Shown here: piece after piece, positions 24,922-39,775 of the stretch
Layout of the letters: each line of letters opens with the position of its first letter
How positions within the stretch are numbered: position 1 is the first letter of the stretch
Assembly: GCF_009914755.1 (NCBI RefSeq)
Contig: NC_060925.1
Origin: the human T2T-CHM13v2.0 reference genome, Homo sapiens
Length of the DNA: 64,000 nucleotides
Direction: 5' to 3' (one strand)
Notes under the pieces: model-generated
The model's input: the letters and a program-made list of their open reading frames with translations, nothing else
The model's database searches: none
What the model was told of the DNA's origin: nothing
Position numbers and translations under genes: made by a program

Positions 24922-27900
24922 TTAGACAGAGCAGATTTGAAACACTCTATTTGTGCAATTTGCAAGTGTAGATTTCAAGCGCTTTAAGGTCAACGGCAGA
25001 AAAGGAAATACCTTCGTTTCAAAACTAGACAGAATCATTCCCACAAACTGCGTTGTGATGTGTTCGTTCAACTCACAGAGTTTAACCTTTCTGTTCATAG
25101 AGCAGTTAGGAAACACTCTGTTTGTAAAGTCTGTAAGTGGATATTCTGACATCTTGTGGCCTTCGTTGGAAACGGGATTTCTTCATATTCTGCTAGACAG
25201 AAGAATTCTCAGTAACTTCCTTGTGTTGTGTGTATTCAACTCACAGAGTTGAACGATCCTTTACACAGAGCAGACTTGAAACACTCTTTTTGTGGAATTT
25301 GCAAGTGGAGATTTCAGCCGCTTTGAGGTCAATGGTAGAAAAGGAAACTATCTTCATATAAAGACTAGACAGAATGATTCTCAGAAAATCTTTTGTGATG
25401 TGTGCGTTCAACTCACAGAGTTTAACTTTTCTTCTCATAGAGCAGTTAGGAAACACTCTGTTTGTAAAGTCTGCAAGTGGATATTCAGACCTCTTTGAGG
25501 CCTTCGTTGGAAACGGGATTTCTTCAAATTATGCTAGACAGAATAATTCTCAGTAACTTCCTTGTGTTCTGTGTATTCAACTCACAGAGTTGAAGGATCC
25601 TTTACAGAGAGCAGGCTTGAAACACTCTTTTTGTAGAATTTGCAAGTGGAGATTTCAACCGCTTTGAGGTCAATGGTAGAATAGGAAATATCTTCTTATA
25701 GAAACTAGACAAAATGATTCTCATGAACTCCTTTGTGATGTGTGCGTTCAACTCACAGAGTTTAACCTTTCTTTTCATAGAGCAGTTAGGAAACACTCTG
25801 TTTGTAAAGTCTGCAAGTGGATATTCAGACCTCCTTGAGGCCTTCGTTGGAAACGGGATTTCTTCATATTCTGCTAGACAGAAGAATTCTCAGTAACTTC
25901 CTTGTGTTGTGTTTATTCAACTCACAGAGTTGAATGATCCTTTACACAGAGCAGACTTGAAACACTCTTTTTGTGGAATTTGCAAGTGGAGATTTCAGCC
26001 GCTTTGAGGTCAATGGTAGAAAAGTAAATATCTTCGTATAAAGACTAGACAGAATGATTCTCAGAAACTCCTTTGTGATGTGTGCGTTCAACTCACAGAG
26101 TTTAACCTTTCTGTTCATAGAGCAGTTAGGAAACACTCTGTTTGTAAAGTCTGCAAGTGGATATTCAGACCTCCTTGAGGCCTTCGTTGGAAACGGGATT
26201 TCTTCATATTCTGCTAGACAGAAGAATTCTCAGTAACTTCCTTGTGTTGTGTGTATTCAACTCACAGAGTTGAACGATCCTTTACACAGAGCAGACTTGA
26301 AACACTCTTTTTGTGGAATTTGCAAGTGGAGATTTCAGCCGATTTGAGGTCAATGGTAGAATAGGAAATATCTTCCTATAGAAACTAGACAGAATGATTC
26401 TCAGAAACTCCTTTGTGATGTGTGTGTTCAACTCACAGAGTTTAACCTTTCTTTTCATAGAGCAGTTAGGAAACACTCTGTTTGTAAAGTCTGCAAGTGG
26501 ATATTCAGACCTCTTTGAGGCCTTCGTTGGAAACGGGATTTCTTCATATTCTGCTAGACAGAAGAATTCTCAGTAACTTCCTTGTGTTGTGTGTATTCAA
26601 CTCACAGAGTTGAACGATCCTTTACACAGAGCAGACTTGAAACACTCTTTTTGTGGAATTTGCAAGTGGAGATTTCAGCCGCTTTGAGGTCAATAGTAGA
26701 AAAGGAAATATCTTCGTAGAAAAACTAGACAGAATGATTCTCAGAAACTCCTTTGTGATGTGTGTGTTCAACTCACAGAGTTTAACCTTTCTTTTCATAG
26801 AGCAGTTAGTAAACACTCTGTTTATAAAGTCTGCAAGTGGATACTCAGACCCCTTTGAGGCCTTCGTTGGAAACGGGATTTCTTCATATTATGCTAGACA
26901 GAAGAATTCTCAGTAACTTCCTTGTGTTGTGTGTATTCAACTGACAGAGTTGAACTTTCATTTAGAGAGAGCAGATTTGAAACACTGTTTTTGTGGAATT
27001 TGCAAGTAGAGATTTCAAGCGCTTTGGGGCCAAAGGCAGAAAAGGAAATATCTTCGTATAAAAACTAGACAGAATCATTCTCAGAAACTGCTGCGTGATG
27101 TGTGCGTTCAACTCTCAGAGTTTAACTTTTCTTTTTATTCAGCGGTTTGGAAACACTCTGTTTGTAAAGTCTGCACGTGGATATTTTGACCACTTAGAGG
27201 CCTTCGTTGGAAACGGGTTTTTTTCATGTAAGGCTAGACAGAAGAATTCCCAGTAACTTCCTTGTGTTGTGTGCATTCAACTCACAGAGTTGAACGTTCC
27301 CTTAGACAGAGCAGATTTGAAACAGCCTATTTGTGCAATTTGCAAGTGTAGATTTCAAGCGCTTTAAGGTCAACGGCAGAAAAGGAAATATCTTCCTTTC
27401 AAAACTAGACAGAATCATTCCCACAAACTGCGTTGTGATGTGTTCGTTCAACTCACAGAGTTTAACCTTTCTGTTCATAGAGCAGTTAGGAAACACTCTG
27501 TTTGTAAAGTCTGTGAGTGGATATTCTGACATCTTGTGGCCTTCGTTGGAAACGGGATTTCTTCATATTCTGCTAGACAGAAGAATTCTCAGTAACTTCC
27601 TTGTGTTGTGTGTATTCAACTCACAGAGTTGAACGATCCTTTACACAGAGCAGACTTGAAACACTCTTTTTGTGGAATTTGCAAGTGGAGATTTCAGCCG
27701 CTTTGAGGTCAATGGTAGAAAAGGAAACTATCTTCATATAAAGACTAGACAGAATGATTCTCAGAAAATCTTTTGTGATGTGTGCGTTCAACTCACAGAG
27801 TTTAACTTTTCTTCTCATAGAGCAGTTAGGAAACACTCTGTTTGTAAAGTCTGCAAGTGGATATTCAGACCTCTTTGAGGCCTTCGTTGGAAACGGGATT

Positions 27901-29681
27901 TCTTCATATTCTGCTAGACAGAAGAATTCTCACTAACTTCCTTGTGTTGTGTGTATTCAACTCACAGAGTTGAAGGATCCTTTACAGAGAGCAGGCTTGA
28001 AACACTCTTTTTGTCGAATTTGCAAGTGGAGATTTCAGCCGCTTTGAGGTGAATGGTAGAATAGGAAATATCTTCTTATAGAAACTAGACAGAATGATTC
28101 TCATAAACTCCTTTGTGATGTGTGCGTTCAACTCACAGAGTTTAACCTTTCTTTTCATAGAGCAGTTAGGAAACACACTGTTTGTAAAGTCTGCAAGTGG
28201 ATATTCAGACCTCCTTGAGGCCTTCGTTGGAAACGGGATTTCTTCATATTCTGCTAGACAGAAGAATTCTCAGTAACTTCCTTGTGTTGTGTTTATTCAA
28301 CTCACAGAGTTGAATGATCCTTTACACAGAGCAGACTTGAAACACTCTTTTTGTGGAATTTGCAAGTGGAGATTTCAGCCGCTTTGAGGTCAATGGTAGA
28401 AAAGTAAATATCTTCGTATAAAGACTAGACAGAATGATTCTCAGAAACTCCTTTGTGATGTGTGCGTTCAACTCACAGAGTTTAACCTTTCTGTTCATAG
28501 AGCAGTTAGGAAACACTCTGTTTGTAAAGTCTGCAAGTGGATATTCAGACCTCCTTGAGGCCTTCGTTGGAAACGGGATTTCTTCATATTCTGCTAGACA
28601 GAAGAATTCTCAGTAACTTCCTTGTGTTGTGTGTATTCAACTCACAGAGTTGAACGATCCTTTACACAGAGCAGACTTGAAACACTCTTTTTGTGGAATT
28701 TGCAAGTGGAGATTTCAGCCGATTTGAGGTCAATGGTAGAATAGGAAATATCTTCCTATAGAAACTAGACAGAATGATTCTCAGAAACTCCTTTGTGATG
28801 TGTGCGTTCAACTCACAGAGTTTAACCTTTCTTTTCATAGAGCAGTTAGGAAACACTCTGTTTGTAAAGTCTGCAAGTGGATATTCAGACCTCTTTGAGG
28901 CCTTCGTTGGAAACGGGATTTCTTCATATTCTGCTAGACAGAAGAATTCTCAGTAACTTCCTTGTGTTGTGTGTATTCAACTCACAGAGTTGAACGATCC
29001 TTTACACAGAGCAGACTTGAAACACTCTTTTTGTGGAATTTGCAAGTGGAGATTTCAGCCGCTTTGAGGTCAATAGTAGAAAAGGAAATATCTTCGTAGA
29101 AAAACTAGACAGAATGATTCTCAGAAACTCCTTTGTGATGTGTGTGTTCAACTCACAGAGTTTAACCTTTCTTTTCATAGAGCAGTTAATAAACACTCTG
29201 TTTATAAAGTCTGCAAGTGGATATTCAGACCCCTTTGAGGCCTTCGTTGGAAACGGGATTTCTTCATATTATGCTAGACAGAAGAATTCTCAGTAACTTC
29301 CTTGTGTTGTGTGTATTCAACTGACAGAGTTGAACTTTCATTTAGAGAGAGCAGATTTGAAACACTGTTTTTGTGGAATTTGCAAGTGGAGATTTCAAGC
29401 GCTTTGGGGCCAAAGGCAGAAAAGGAAATATCTTCGTATAAAAACTCAGCAGAATCATTCTCAGAAACTGCTGCGTGATGTGTGCGTTCAACTCTCAGAG
29501 TTTAACTTTTCTTTTCATTCAGCGGTTTGGAAACACTCTGTTTGTAAAGTCTGCACGTGGATATTTTGACCACTTAGAGGCCTTCGTTGGAAACGGGTTT
29601 TCTTCATGTAAGGCTAGACAGAAGAATTCCCAGTAACTTCCTTGTGTTGTGTGCATTCAACTCACAGAGTTGAACGTTCCC
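24922..29681 (+). repeat. Two adjacent 14-mer (2,380 bp) units with the same dimer order; older tandem duplication (also at +23450)
   Basis: Same dimer succession and the shared rare variant gccgatttgagg at 26342 and 28722, but many private SNPs. Confidence 0.8.
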
Positions 29682-31082
29682 TTAGACAGAGCAGATTTGA
29701 AACACTCTATTTGTGCAATTTGCAAGTGTAGATTTCAAGCGCTTTAAGGTCAATGGCAGAAAAGGAAATTTCTTCGTTTCAAAACTAGACAGAATCATTC
29801 CCACAAACTGCGTTGTGATGTGTTCGTTCAACTCACAGAGTTTAACCTTTCTGTTCATAGAGCAGTTAGGAAACACTCTGTTTGTAAAGTCTGCAAGTGG
29901 ATATTCAGACCTCCTTGAGGCCTTCGTTGGAAACGGGATTTCTTCATATTCTGCTAGACAGAATAATTCTCAGTATCTTCCTTGTGTTGTGTGTATTCAA
30001 CTCAGAGAGTTGAACGATCCTTTACACAGAGCAGACTTGAAACACTCTTTTTGTGGAGTTTGCAAGTGGAGATTTCAGCCGCTTTGATGTCAATGGTAGA
30101 AAAGGAAATATCTTCGTATAAAGACTAGACAGAATGATTCTCAGAAACTCTTTTGTGATGTGTGCGTTCAACTCACAGAGTTTAACCTTTCTGTTCATAG
30201 AGCAGTTAGGAAACACTCTGTTTGTAAAGTCTGCAAGTGGATATTCAGACCTCCTTGAGGCCTTCGTTGGAAACGGGATTTCTTCATATTCTGCTAGACA
30301 GAAGAATTCTCAGTAACTTCCTTGTGTTGTGTGTATTCAACTCACAGAGTTGTACGATCCTTTACACAGAGCAGACTTGAAACACTCTTTTTGTTGAATT
30401 TGCAAGTGGAGATTTCAGCCGCTTTGAGGTCAATGGTAGAAAAGGAAATATCTTCGTATAAAGACTAGACAGAATGATTCTCAGAAACTCCTTTGTGATG
30501 TGTGTGTTCAACTCACAGAGTTTAACCTTTCTTTTCATAGAGCAGTTAGTAAACACTCTGTTTATAAAGTCTGCAAGTGGATATTCAGACCCCTTTGAGG
30601 CCTTCGTTGGAAACGGGATTTCTTCATATTATGCTAGACAGAAGAATTCTCAGTAACTTCCTTGTGTTGTGTGTATTCAACTGACAGAGTTGAACTTTCA
30701 TTTGGAGAGAGCAGATTTGAAACACTGTTTTTGTGGAATTTGCAAGTGGAGATTTCAAGCGCTTTGGGGCCAAAGGCAGAAAAGGAAATATCTTCGTATA
30801 AAAACTAGACAGAATCATTCTCAGAAACTGCTGCGTGATGTGTGCGTTCAACTCTCAGAGTTTAACTTTTCTTTTCATTCAGCGGTTTGGAAACACTCTG
30901 TTTGTAAAGTCTGCACGTGGATATTTTGACCACTTAGAGGCCTTCGTTGGAAACGGGTTTTTTTCATGTAAGGCTAGACAGAAGAATTCCCAGTAACTTC
31001 CTTGTGTTGTGTGCATTCAACTCACAGAGTTGAACGTTCCCTTAGACAGAGCAGATTTGAAACACTCTATTTGTGCAATTTG

Positions 31083-34000
31083 CAAGTGTAGATTTCAAGC
31101 GCTTTAAGGTCAACGGCAGAAAAGGAAATATCTTCGTTTCAAAACTAGACAGAATCATTCCCACAAACTGCGTTGTGATGTGTTCGTTCAACTCACAGAG
31201 TTTAACCTTTCTGTTCATAGAGCAGTTAGGAAACACTCTGTTTGTAAAGTCTGTAAGTGGATATTCTGACATCTTGTGGTCTTCGTTGGAAACGGGATTT
31301 CTTCTTATTCTGCTAGACAGAAGAATTCTCAGTAACTTCCTTGTGTTGTGTGTATTCAACTCACAGAGTTGAACGATCCTTTACACAGAGCAGACTTGAA
31401 AAACTCTTTTTGTGGAATTTGCAAGTGGAGATTTCAGCCGCTTTGAGGTCAATGGTAGAAAAGGAAACTATCTTCATATAAAGACTAGACAGAATGATTC
31501 TCAGAAAATCTTTTGTGATGTGTGCGTTCAACTCACAGAGTTTAACTTTTCTTCTCATAGAGCAGTTAGGAAACACTCTGTTTGTAAAGTCTGCAAGTGG
31601 ATATTCAGACCTCTTTGAGGCCTTCGTTGGAAACGGGATTTCTTCATATTATGCTAGACAGAATAATTCTCAGTAACTTCCTTGTGTTGTGTGTATTCAA
31701 CTCACAGAGTTGAAGGATCCTTTACAGAGAGCAGGCTTGAAACACTCTTTTTGTCGAATTTGCAAGTGGAGATTTCAGCCGCTTTGAGGTCAATGGTAGA
31801 ATAGGAAATATCTTCTTATAGAAACTAGACAAAATGATTCTCATGAACTCCTTTGTAATGTGTGCGTTCAACTCACAGAGTTTAACCTTTCTTTTCATAG
31901 AGCAGTTAGGAAACACTCTGTTTTTAAAGTCTGCAAGTGGATATTCAGACCTCCTTGAGGCCTTCGTTGGAAACGGGATTTCTTCATATTCTGCTAGACA
32001 GAAGAATTCTCAGTAACTTCCTTGTGTTGTGTTTATTCAACTCACAGAGTTGAATGATCCTTTACACAGAGCAGACTTGAAACACTCTTTTTGTGGAATT
32101 TGCAAGTGGAGATTTCAGCCGCTTTGATGTCAATGGTAGAAAAGTAAATATCTTCGTATAAAGACTAGACAGAATGATTCTCAGAAACTCCTTTGTGATG
32201 TGTGCGTTCAACTCACAGAGTTTAACCTTTCTGTTCATAGAGCAGTTAGGAAACACTCTGTTTGTAAAGTCTGCAAGTGGATATTCAGACCTCCTTGAGG
32301 CCTTCGTTGGAAACGGGATTTCTTCCTATTCTGCTAGACAGAAGAATTCTCAGTAACTTCCTTGTGTTGTGTGTATTCAACTCACAGAGTTGAACGATCC
32401 TTTACACAGAGCAGACTTGAAACACTCTTTTTGTGGAATTTGCAAGTGGAGATTTCAGCCGCTTTGAGGTCAATTGTAGAAAAGGAAATATCTTCGTAGA
32501 AAAACTAGACAGAATGATTCTCAGAAACTCCTTTGTGATGTGTGTGTTCAACTCACAGAGTTGAACCTTTCTTTTCATAGAGCAGTTAGTAAACACTCTG
32601 TTTATAAAGTCTGCAAGTGGATATTCAGACCCCTTTGAGGCCTTCGTTGGAAACGGGATTTCTTCATATTCTGCTAGACAGAAGAATTCTCAGTAACTTC
32701 CTTGTGTTGTGTGTATTCAACTGACAGAGTTGAACTTTCATTTAGAGAGAGCAGATTTGAAACACTGTTTTTGTGGAATTTGCAAGTGGAGATTTCAAGC
32801 GCTTTGGGGCCAAAGGCAGTAAAGGAAATATCTTCGTATAAAAACTAGACAGAATCATTCTCAGAAACTGCTGCGTGATGTGTGCGTTCAACTCTCAGAG
32901 TTTAACTTTTCTTTTCATTCAGCGGTTTGGAAACACTCTGTTTGTAAAGTCTGCACGTGGATATTTTGACCACTTAGAGGCCTTCGTTGGAAACGGGTTT
33001 TTTTCATATAAGGCTAGACAGAAGAATTCCCAGTAACTTCCTTGTGTTGTGTGCATTCAACTCACAGAGTTGAACGTTCCCTTAGACAGAGCAGATTTGA
33101 AACACTCTATTTGTGCAATTTCCAAGTGTAGATTTCAAGCGCTTTAAGGTCAACGGCAGAAAAGGAAATATCTTCGTTTCAAAACTAGACAGAATCATTC
33201 CCACAAACTGCGTTGTGATGTGTTCGTTCAACTCACAGAGTTTAACCTTTCTGTTCATAGAGCAGTTAGGAAACACTCTGTTTGTAAAGTCTGTAAGTGG
33301 ATATTCTGACATCTTGTGGCCTTCGTTGGAAACGGGATTTCTTCATATTCTGCTAGACAGAAGAATTCTCAGTAACTTCCTTGTGTTGTGTGTATTCAAC
33401 TCACAGAGTTGAACGATCCTTTACACAGAGCAGACTTGAAAAACTCTTTTTGTGGAATTTGCAAGTGGAGATTTCAGCCGCTTTGAGGTCAATGGTAGAA
33501 AAGGAAACTATCTTCATATAAAGACTAGACAGAATGATTCTCAGAAAATCTTTTGTGATGTGTGCGTTCAACTCACAGAGTTTAACTTTTCTTCTCATAG
33601 AGCAGTTAGGAAACACTCTGTTTGTAAAGTCTGCAAGTGGATATTCAGACCTCTTTGAGGCCTTCGTTGGAAACGGGATTTCTTCATATTATGCTAGACA
33701 GAATAATTCTCAGTAACTTCCTTGTGTTGTGTGTATTCAACTCACAGAGTTGAAGGATCCTTTACAGAGAGCAGGCTTGAAACACTCTTTTTGTCGAATT
33801 TGCAAGTGGAGATTTCAGCCGCTTTGAGGTCAATGGTAGAATAGGAAATATCTTCTTATAGAAACTAGACAAAATGATTCTCATGAACTCCTTTGTAATG
33901 TGTGCGTTCAACTCACAGAGTTTAACCTTTCTTTTCATAGAGCAGTTAGGAAACACTCTGTTTTTAAAGTCTGCAAGTGGATATTCAGACCTCCTTGAGG

Positions 34001-35185
34001 CCTTCGTTGGAAACGGGATTTCTTCATATTCTGCTAGACAGAAGAATTCTCAGTAACTTCCTTGTGTTGTGTTTATTCAACTCACAGAGTTGAATGATCC
34101 TTTACACAGAGCAGACTTGAAACACTCTTTTTGTGGAATTTGCAAGTGGAGATTTCAGCCGCTTTGATGTCAATGGTAGAAAAGTAAATATCTTCGTATA
34201 AAGACTAGACAGAATGATTCTCAGAAACTCCTTTGTGATGTGTGCGTTCAACTCACAGAGTTTAACCTTTCTGTTCATAGAGCAGTTAGGAAACACTCTG
34301 TTTGTAAAGTCTGCAAGTGGATATTCAGACCTCCTTGAGGCCTTCGTTGGAAACGGGATTTCTTCCTATTCTGCTAGACAGAAGAATTCTCAGTAACTTC
34401 CTTGTGTTGTGTGTATTCAACTCACAGAGTTGAACGATCCTTTACACAGAGCAGACTTGAAACACTCTTTTTGTGGAATTTGCAAGTGGAGATTTCAGCC
34501 GCTTTGAGGTCAATAGTAGAAAAGGAAATATCTTCGTAGAAAAACTAGACAGAATGATTCTCAGAAACTCCTTTGTGATGTGTGTGTTCAACTCACAGAG
34601 TTGAACCTTTCTTTTCATAGAGCAGTTAGTAAACACTCTGTTTATAAAGTCTGCAAGTGGATATTCAGACCCCTTTGAGGCCTTCGTTGGAAACGGGATT
34701 TCTTCATATTCTGCTAGACAGAAGAATTCTCAGTAACTTCCTTGTGTTGTGTGTATTCAACTGACAGAGTTGAACTTTCATTTAGAGAGAGCAGATTTGA
34801 AACACTGTTTTTGTGGAATTTGCAAGTGGAGATTTCAAGCGCTTTGGGGCCAAAGGCAGTAAAGGAAATATCTTCGTATAAAAACTAGACAGAATCATTC
34901 TCAGAAACTGCTGCGTGATGTGTGCGTTCAACTCTCAGAGTTTAACTTTTCTTTTCATTCAGCGGTTTGGAAACACTCTGTTTGTAAAGTCTGCACGTGG
35001 ATATTTTGACCACTTAGAGGCCTTCGTTGGAAACGGGTTTTTTTCATATAAGGCTAGACAGAAGAATTCCCAGTAACTTCCTTGTGTTGTGTGCATTCAA
35101 CTCACAGAGTTGAACGTTCCCTTAGACAGAGCAGATTTGAAACACTCTATTTGTGCAATTTCCAAGTGTAGATTTCAAGCGCTTT
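31083..35185 (+). repeat. Tandem duplication of a 12-mer (2,040 bp) unit (also at +23450)
   Basis: Shared rare markers at +2040: gaaaaactctttt, tcatgaactcctttgtaatg, tttttaaagt, gctttgatgt, ttgaaccttt, ggcagtaaagg, tttcatataagg. Confidence 0.92.
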
Positions 35186-38100
35186 CAGGTCAATGGCAGA
35201 AAAGGAAATATCTTCGTTTCAAAACTAGACAGAATCATTCCCACAAACTGCGTTGTGATGTGTTCGTTCAACTCACAGAGTTTAACCTTTCTGTTCATAG
35301 AGCAGTTAGGAAACACTCTGTTTGTAAAGTCTGTAAGTGGATATTCTGACATCTTGTGGCCTTCGTTGGAAACGGGATTTCTTCATATTCTGCTAGACAG
35401 AAGAATTCTCAGTAACTTCCTTGTGTTGTGTGTATTCAACTCACAGAGTTGAACGATCCTTTACACAGAGCAGACTTGAAACACTCTTTTTGTGAAATTT
35501 GCAAGTGGAGATTTCAGCCGCTTTGAGGTCAATGGTAGAAAAGGAAACTATCTTCATATAAAGACTAGACAGAATGATTCTCAGAAAATCTTTTGTGATG
35601 TGTGCGTTCAACTCACAGAGTTTAACTTTTCTTCTCATAGAGCAGTTAGGAAACACTCTGTTTGTAAAGTCTGCAAGTGGATATTCAGACCTCTTTGAGG
35701 CCTTCGTTGGAAACGGGATTTCTTCATATTATGCTAGACAGAATAATTCTCAGTAACTTCCTTGTGTTGTGTGTATTCAACTCACAGAGTTGAACGATCC
35801 TTTACAGAGAGCAGGCTTGAAACACTCTTTTTGTCGAATTTGCAAGTGGAGATTTCAGCCGCTTTGAGGTCAATGGTAGAATAGGAAATATCTTCTTATA
35901 GAAACTAGACAGAATGATTCTCATAAACTCCTTTGTGATGTGTGCGTTCAACTCACAGAGTTTAACCTTTCTTTTCATAGAGCAGTTAGGAAACACTCTG
36001 TTTGTAAAGTCTGCAAGTGGATATTCAGACCTCCTTGAGGCCTTCGTTGGAAACGGGATTTCTTCATATTCTGCTAGACAGAAGAATTCTCAGTAACTTC
36101 CTTGTGTTGTGTTTATTCAACTCACAGAGTTGAATGATCCTTTACACAGAGCAGACTTGAAACACTCTTTTTGTGGAATTTGCAAGTGGAGATTTCAGCC
36201 GCTTTGAGGTCAATGGTAGAAAAGTAAATATCTTCGTATAAAGACTAGACAGAACGATTCTCAGAAACTCCTTTGTGATGTGTGCGTTCAACTCACAGAG
36301 TTTAACCTTTCTGTTCATAGAGCAGTTAGGAAACACTCTGTTTGTAAAGTCTGCAAGTGGATATTCAGACCTCCTTGAGGCCTTCGTTGGAAACGGGATT
36401 TCTTCATATTCTGCTAGACAGAAGAATTCTCAGTAACTTCCTTGTGTTGTGTGTATTCAACTCACAGAGTTGAACGATCCTTTACACAGAGCAGACTTGA
36501 AACACTCTTTTTGTGGAATTTGCAAGTGGAGATTTCAGCCGCTTTGAGGTCAATGGTAGAAAAGGAAATATCTTCGTATAAAGACTAGACAGAATGATTC
36601 TCAGAAACTCCTTTGTGATGTGTGCGTTCAACTCACAGAGTTTAACTTTTCTTTTCATAGAGCAGTTAGGAAACACTCTGTTTGTAAAGTCTGCAAGTGG
36701 ATATTCAGACCTCTTTGAGGCCTTCGTTGGAAACGGGATTTCTTCATATTCTGCTAGACAGAAGAATTCTCAGTAACTTCCTTGTGTTGTGTGTATTCAA
36801 CTCACAGAGTTGAACGATCCTTTACACAGAGCAGACTTGAAACATTCTTTTTGTGGAATTTGCAAGTGGAGATTTCAGCCGCTTTGAGGTCAATGGTAGA
36901 ATAGGAAATATCTTCCTATAGAAACTAGACAGAACGATTCTCAGAAACTCCTTTGTGATGTGTGCGTTCAACTCACAGAGTTTAACCTTTCTTTTCATAG
37001 AGCAGTTAGGAAACACTCTGTTTGTAAAGTCTGCAAGTGGATATTCAGACCTCTTTGAGGCCTTCGTTGGAAACGGGATTTCTTCATATTCTGCTAGACA
37101 GAAGAATTCTCAGTAACTTCCTTGTGTTGTGTGTATTCAACTCACAGAGTTGAACGATCCTTTACACAGAGCAGACTTGAAACACTCTTTTTGTGGAATT
37201 TGCAAGTGGAGATTTCAGCCACTTTGAGGTCAATAGTAGAAAAGTAAATATCTTCGTAGAAAAACTAGACAGAATGATTCTCAGAAACTCCTTTGTGATG
37301 TGTGTGTTCAACTCACAGAGTTTAACCTTTCTTTTCATAGAGCAGTTAGTAAACACTCTGTTTATAAAGTCTGCAAGTGGATATTCAGACCCCTTTGTGG
37401 CCTTCGTTGGAAACGGGATTTCTTCATATTATGCTAGACAGAAGAATTCTCAGTAACTTCCTTGTGTTGTGTGTATTCAACTGACAGAGTTGAACTTTCA
37501 TTTAGAGAGAGCAGATTTGAAACACTGTTTTTGTGGAATTTGCAAGTGGAAATTTCAAGCGCTTTGGGGTCAAAGGCAGAAAAGGAAATATCTTCGTATA
37601 AAAACTAGACAGAATCATTCTCAGAAACTGCTGCGTGATGTGTGCGTTCAACTCTCAGAGTTTAACTTTTCTTTTCATTCAGCGGTTTGGAAACACTCTG
37701 TTTGTAAAGTCTGCACGTGGATATTTTGACCACTTAGAGGCCTTCGTTGGAAACGGGTTTTTTTTCATGTAAGGCTAGACAGAAGAATTCCCAGTAACTT
37801 CCTTGTGTTGTGTGCATTCAACTCACAGAGTTGAACGTTCCCTTAGACAGAGCAGATTTGAAACACTCTATTTGTGCAATTTGCAAGTGTAGATTTCAAG
37901 CGCTTTAAGGTCAACGGCAGAAAAGGAAATATCTTCGTTTCAAAACTAGACAGAATCATTCCCACAAACTGCGTTGTGATGTGTTCGTTCAACTCACAGA
38001 GTTTAACCTTTCTGTTCATAGAGCAGTTAGGAAACACTCTGTTTGTAAAGTCTGTAAGTGGATATTCAGACCTCCTTGAGGCTTTCGTTGGAAACGGGAT

Positions 38101-39775
38101 TTCTTCATATTCTGCTAGACAGAAGAATTCTCAGTAACTTCCTTGTGTTGTGTTTATTCAACTCACAGAGTTGAATGATCCTTTACACAGAGCAGACTTG
38201 AAACACTCTTTTTGTGGAATTTGCAAGTGGAGATTTCAGCCGCTTTGAGGTCAATGGTAGAAAAGTAAATATCTTCGTATAAAGACTAGACAGAATGATT
38301 CTCAGAAACTCCTTTGTGATGTGTGCGTTCAACTCACAGAGTTTAACCTTTCTGTTCATAGAGCAGTTAGGAAACACTCTGTTTGTAAAGTCTGCAAGTG
38401 GATATTCAGACCTCCTTGAGGCCTTCGTTGGAAACGGGATTTCTTCCTATTCTGCTAGACAGAAGAATTCTCAGTAACTTCCTTGTGTTGTGTGTATTCA
38501 ACTCACAGAGTTGAACGATCCTTTACACAGAGCAGACTTGAAACACTCTTTTTGTGGAATTTGCAAGTGGAGATTTCAGCCGCTTTGAGGTCAATAGTAG
38601 AAAAGGAAATATCTTCGTAGAAAAACTAGACAGAATGATTCTCAGAAACTCCTTTGTGATGTGTGTGTTCAACTCACAGAGTTTAACCTTTCTTTTCATA
38701 GAGCAGTTAGTAAACACTCTGTTTATAAAGTCTGCAAGTGGATATTCAGACCCCTTTGAGGCCTTCGTTGGAAACGGGATTTCTTCATATTATGCTAGAC
38801 AGAAGAATTCTCAGTAACTTCCTTGTGTTGTGTGTATTCAACTGACAGAGTTGAACTTTCATTTAGAGAGAGCAGATTTGAAACACTGTTTTTGTGGAAT
38901 TTGCAAGTGGAGATTTCAAGCGCTTTGGGGCCAAAGGCAGTAAAGGAAATATCTTCGTATAAAAACTAGACAGAATCATTCTCAGAAACTGCTGCGTGAT
39001 GTGTGCGTTCAACTCTCAGAGTTTAACTTTTCTTTTCATTCAGCGGTTTGGAAACACTCTGTTTGTAAAGTCTGCACGTGGATATTTTGACCACTTAGAG
39101 GCCTTCGTTGGAAACGGGTTTTTTTCATATAAGGCTAGACAGAAGAATTCCCAGTAACTTCCTTGTGTTGTGTGCATTCAACTCACAGAGTTGAACGTTC
39201 CCTTAGACAGAGCAGATTTGAAACACTCTATTTGTGCAATTTCCAAGTGTAGATTTCAAGCGCTTTAAGGTCAACGGCAGAAAAGGAAATATCTTCGTTT
39301 CAAAACTAGACAGAATCATTCCCACAAACTGCGTTGTGATGTGTTCGTTCAACTCACAGAGTTTAACCTTTCTGTTCATAGAGCAGTTAGGAAACACTCT
39401 GTTTGTAAAGTCTGCAAGTGGATATTCAGACCTCCTTGAGGCCTTCGTTGGAAACGGGATTTCTTCATATTCTGCTAGACAGAAGAATTCTCAGTAACTT
39501 CCTTGTGTTGTGTTTATTCAACTCACAGAGTTGAATGATCCTTTACACAGAGCAGACTTGAAACACTCTTTTTGTGGAATTTGCAAGTGGAGATTTCAGC
39601 CGCTTTGAGGTCAATGGTAGAAAAGTAAATATCTTCGTATAAAGACTAGACAGAACGATTCTCAGAAACTCCTTTGTGATGTGTGCGTTCAACTCACAGA
39701 GTTTAACCTTTCTGTTCATAGAGCAGTTAGGAAACACTCTGTTTGTAAAGTCTGCAAGTGGATATTCAGACCTCC

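Larger units (their letters stand above)
16598..39414 (+). repeat. Large near-identical duplication, copy 1 (constant offset 23,450 bp to copy 2)
   Basis: The ORF track repeats at +23450 from 16772/40222 to 39203/62653. Bounding mismatches are at 16597/40047 and 39415/62865. Confidence 0.96.
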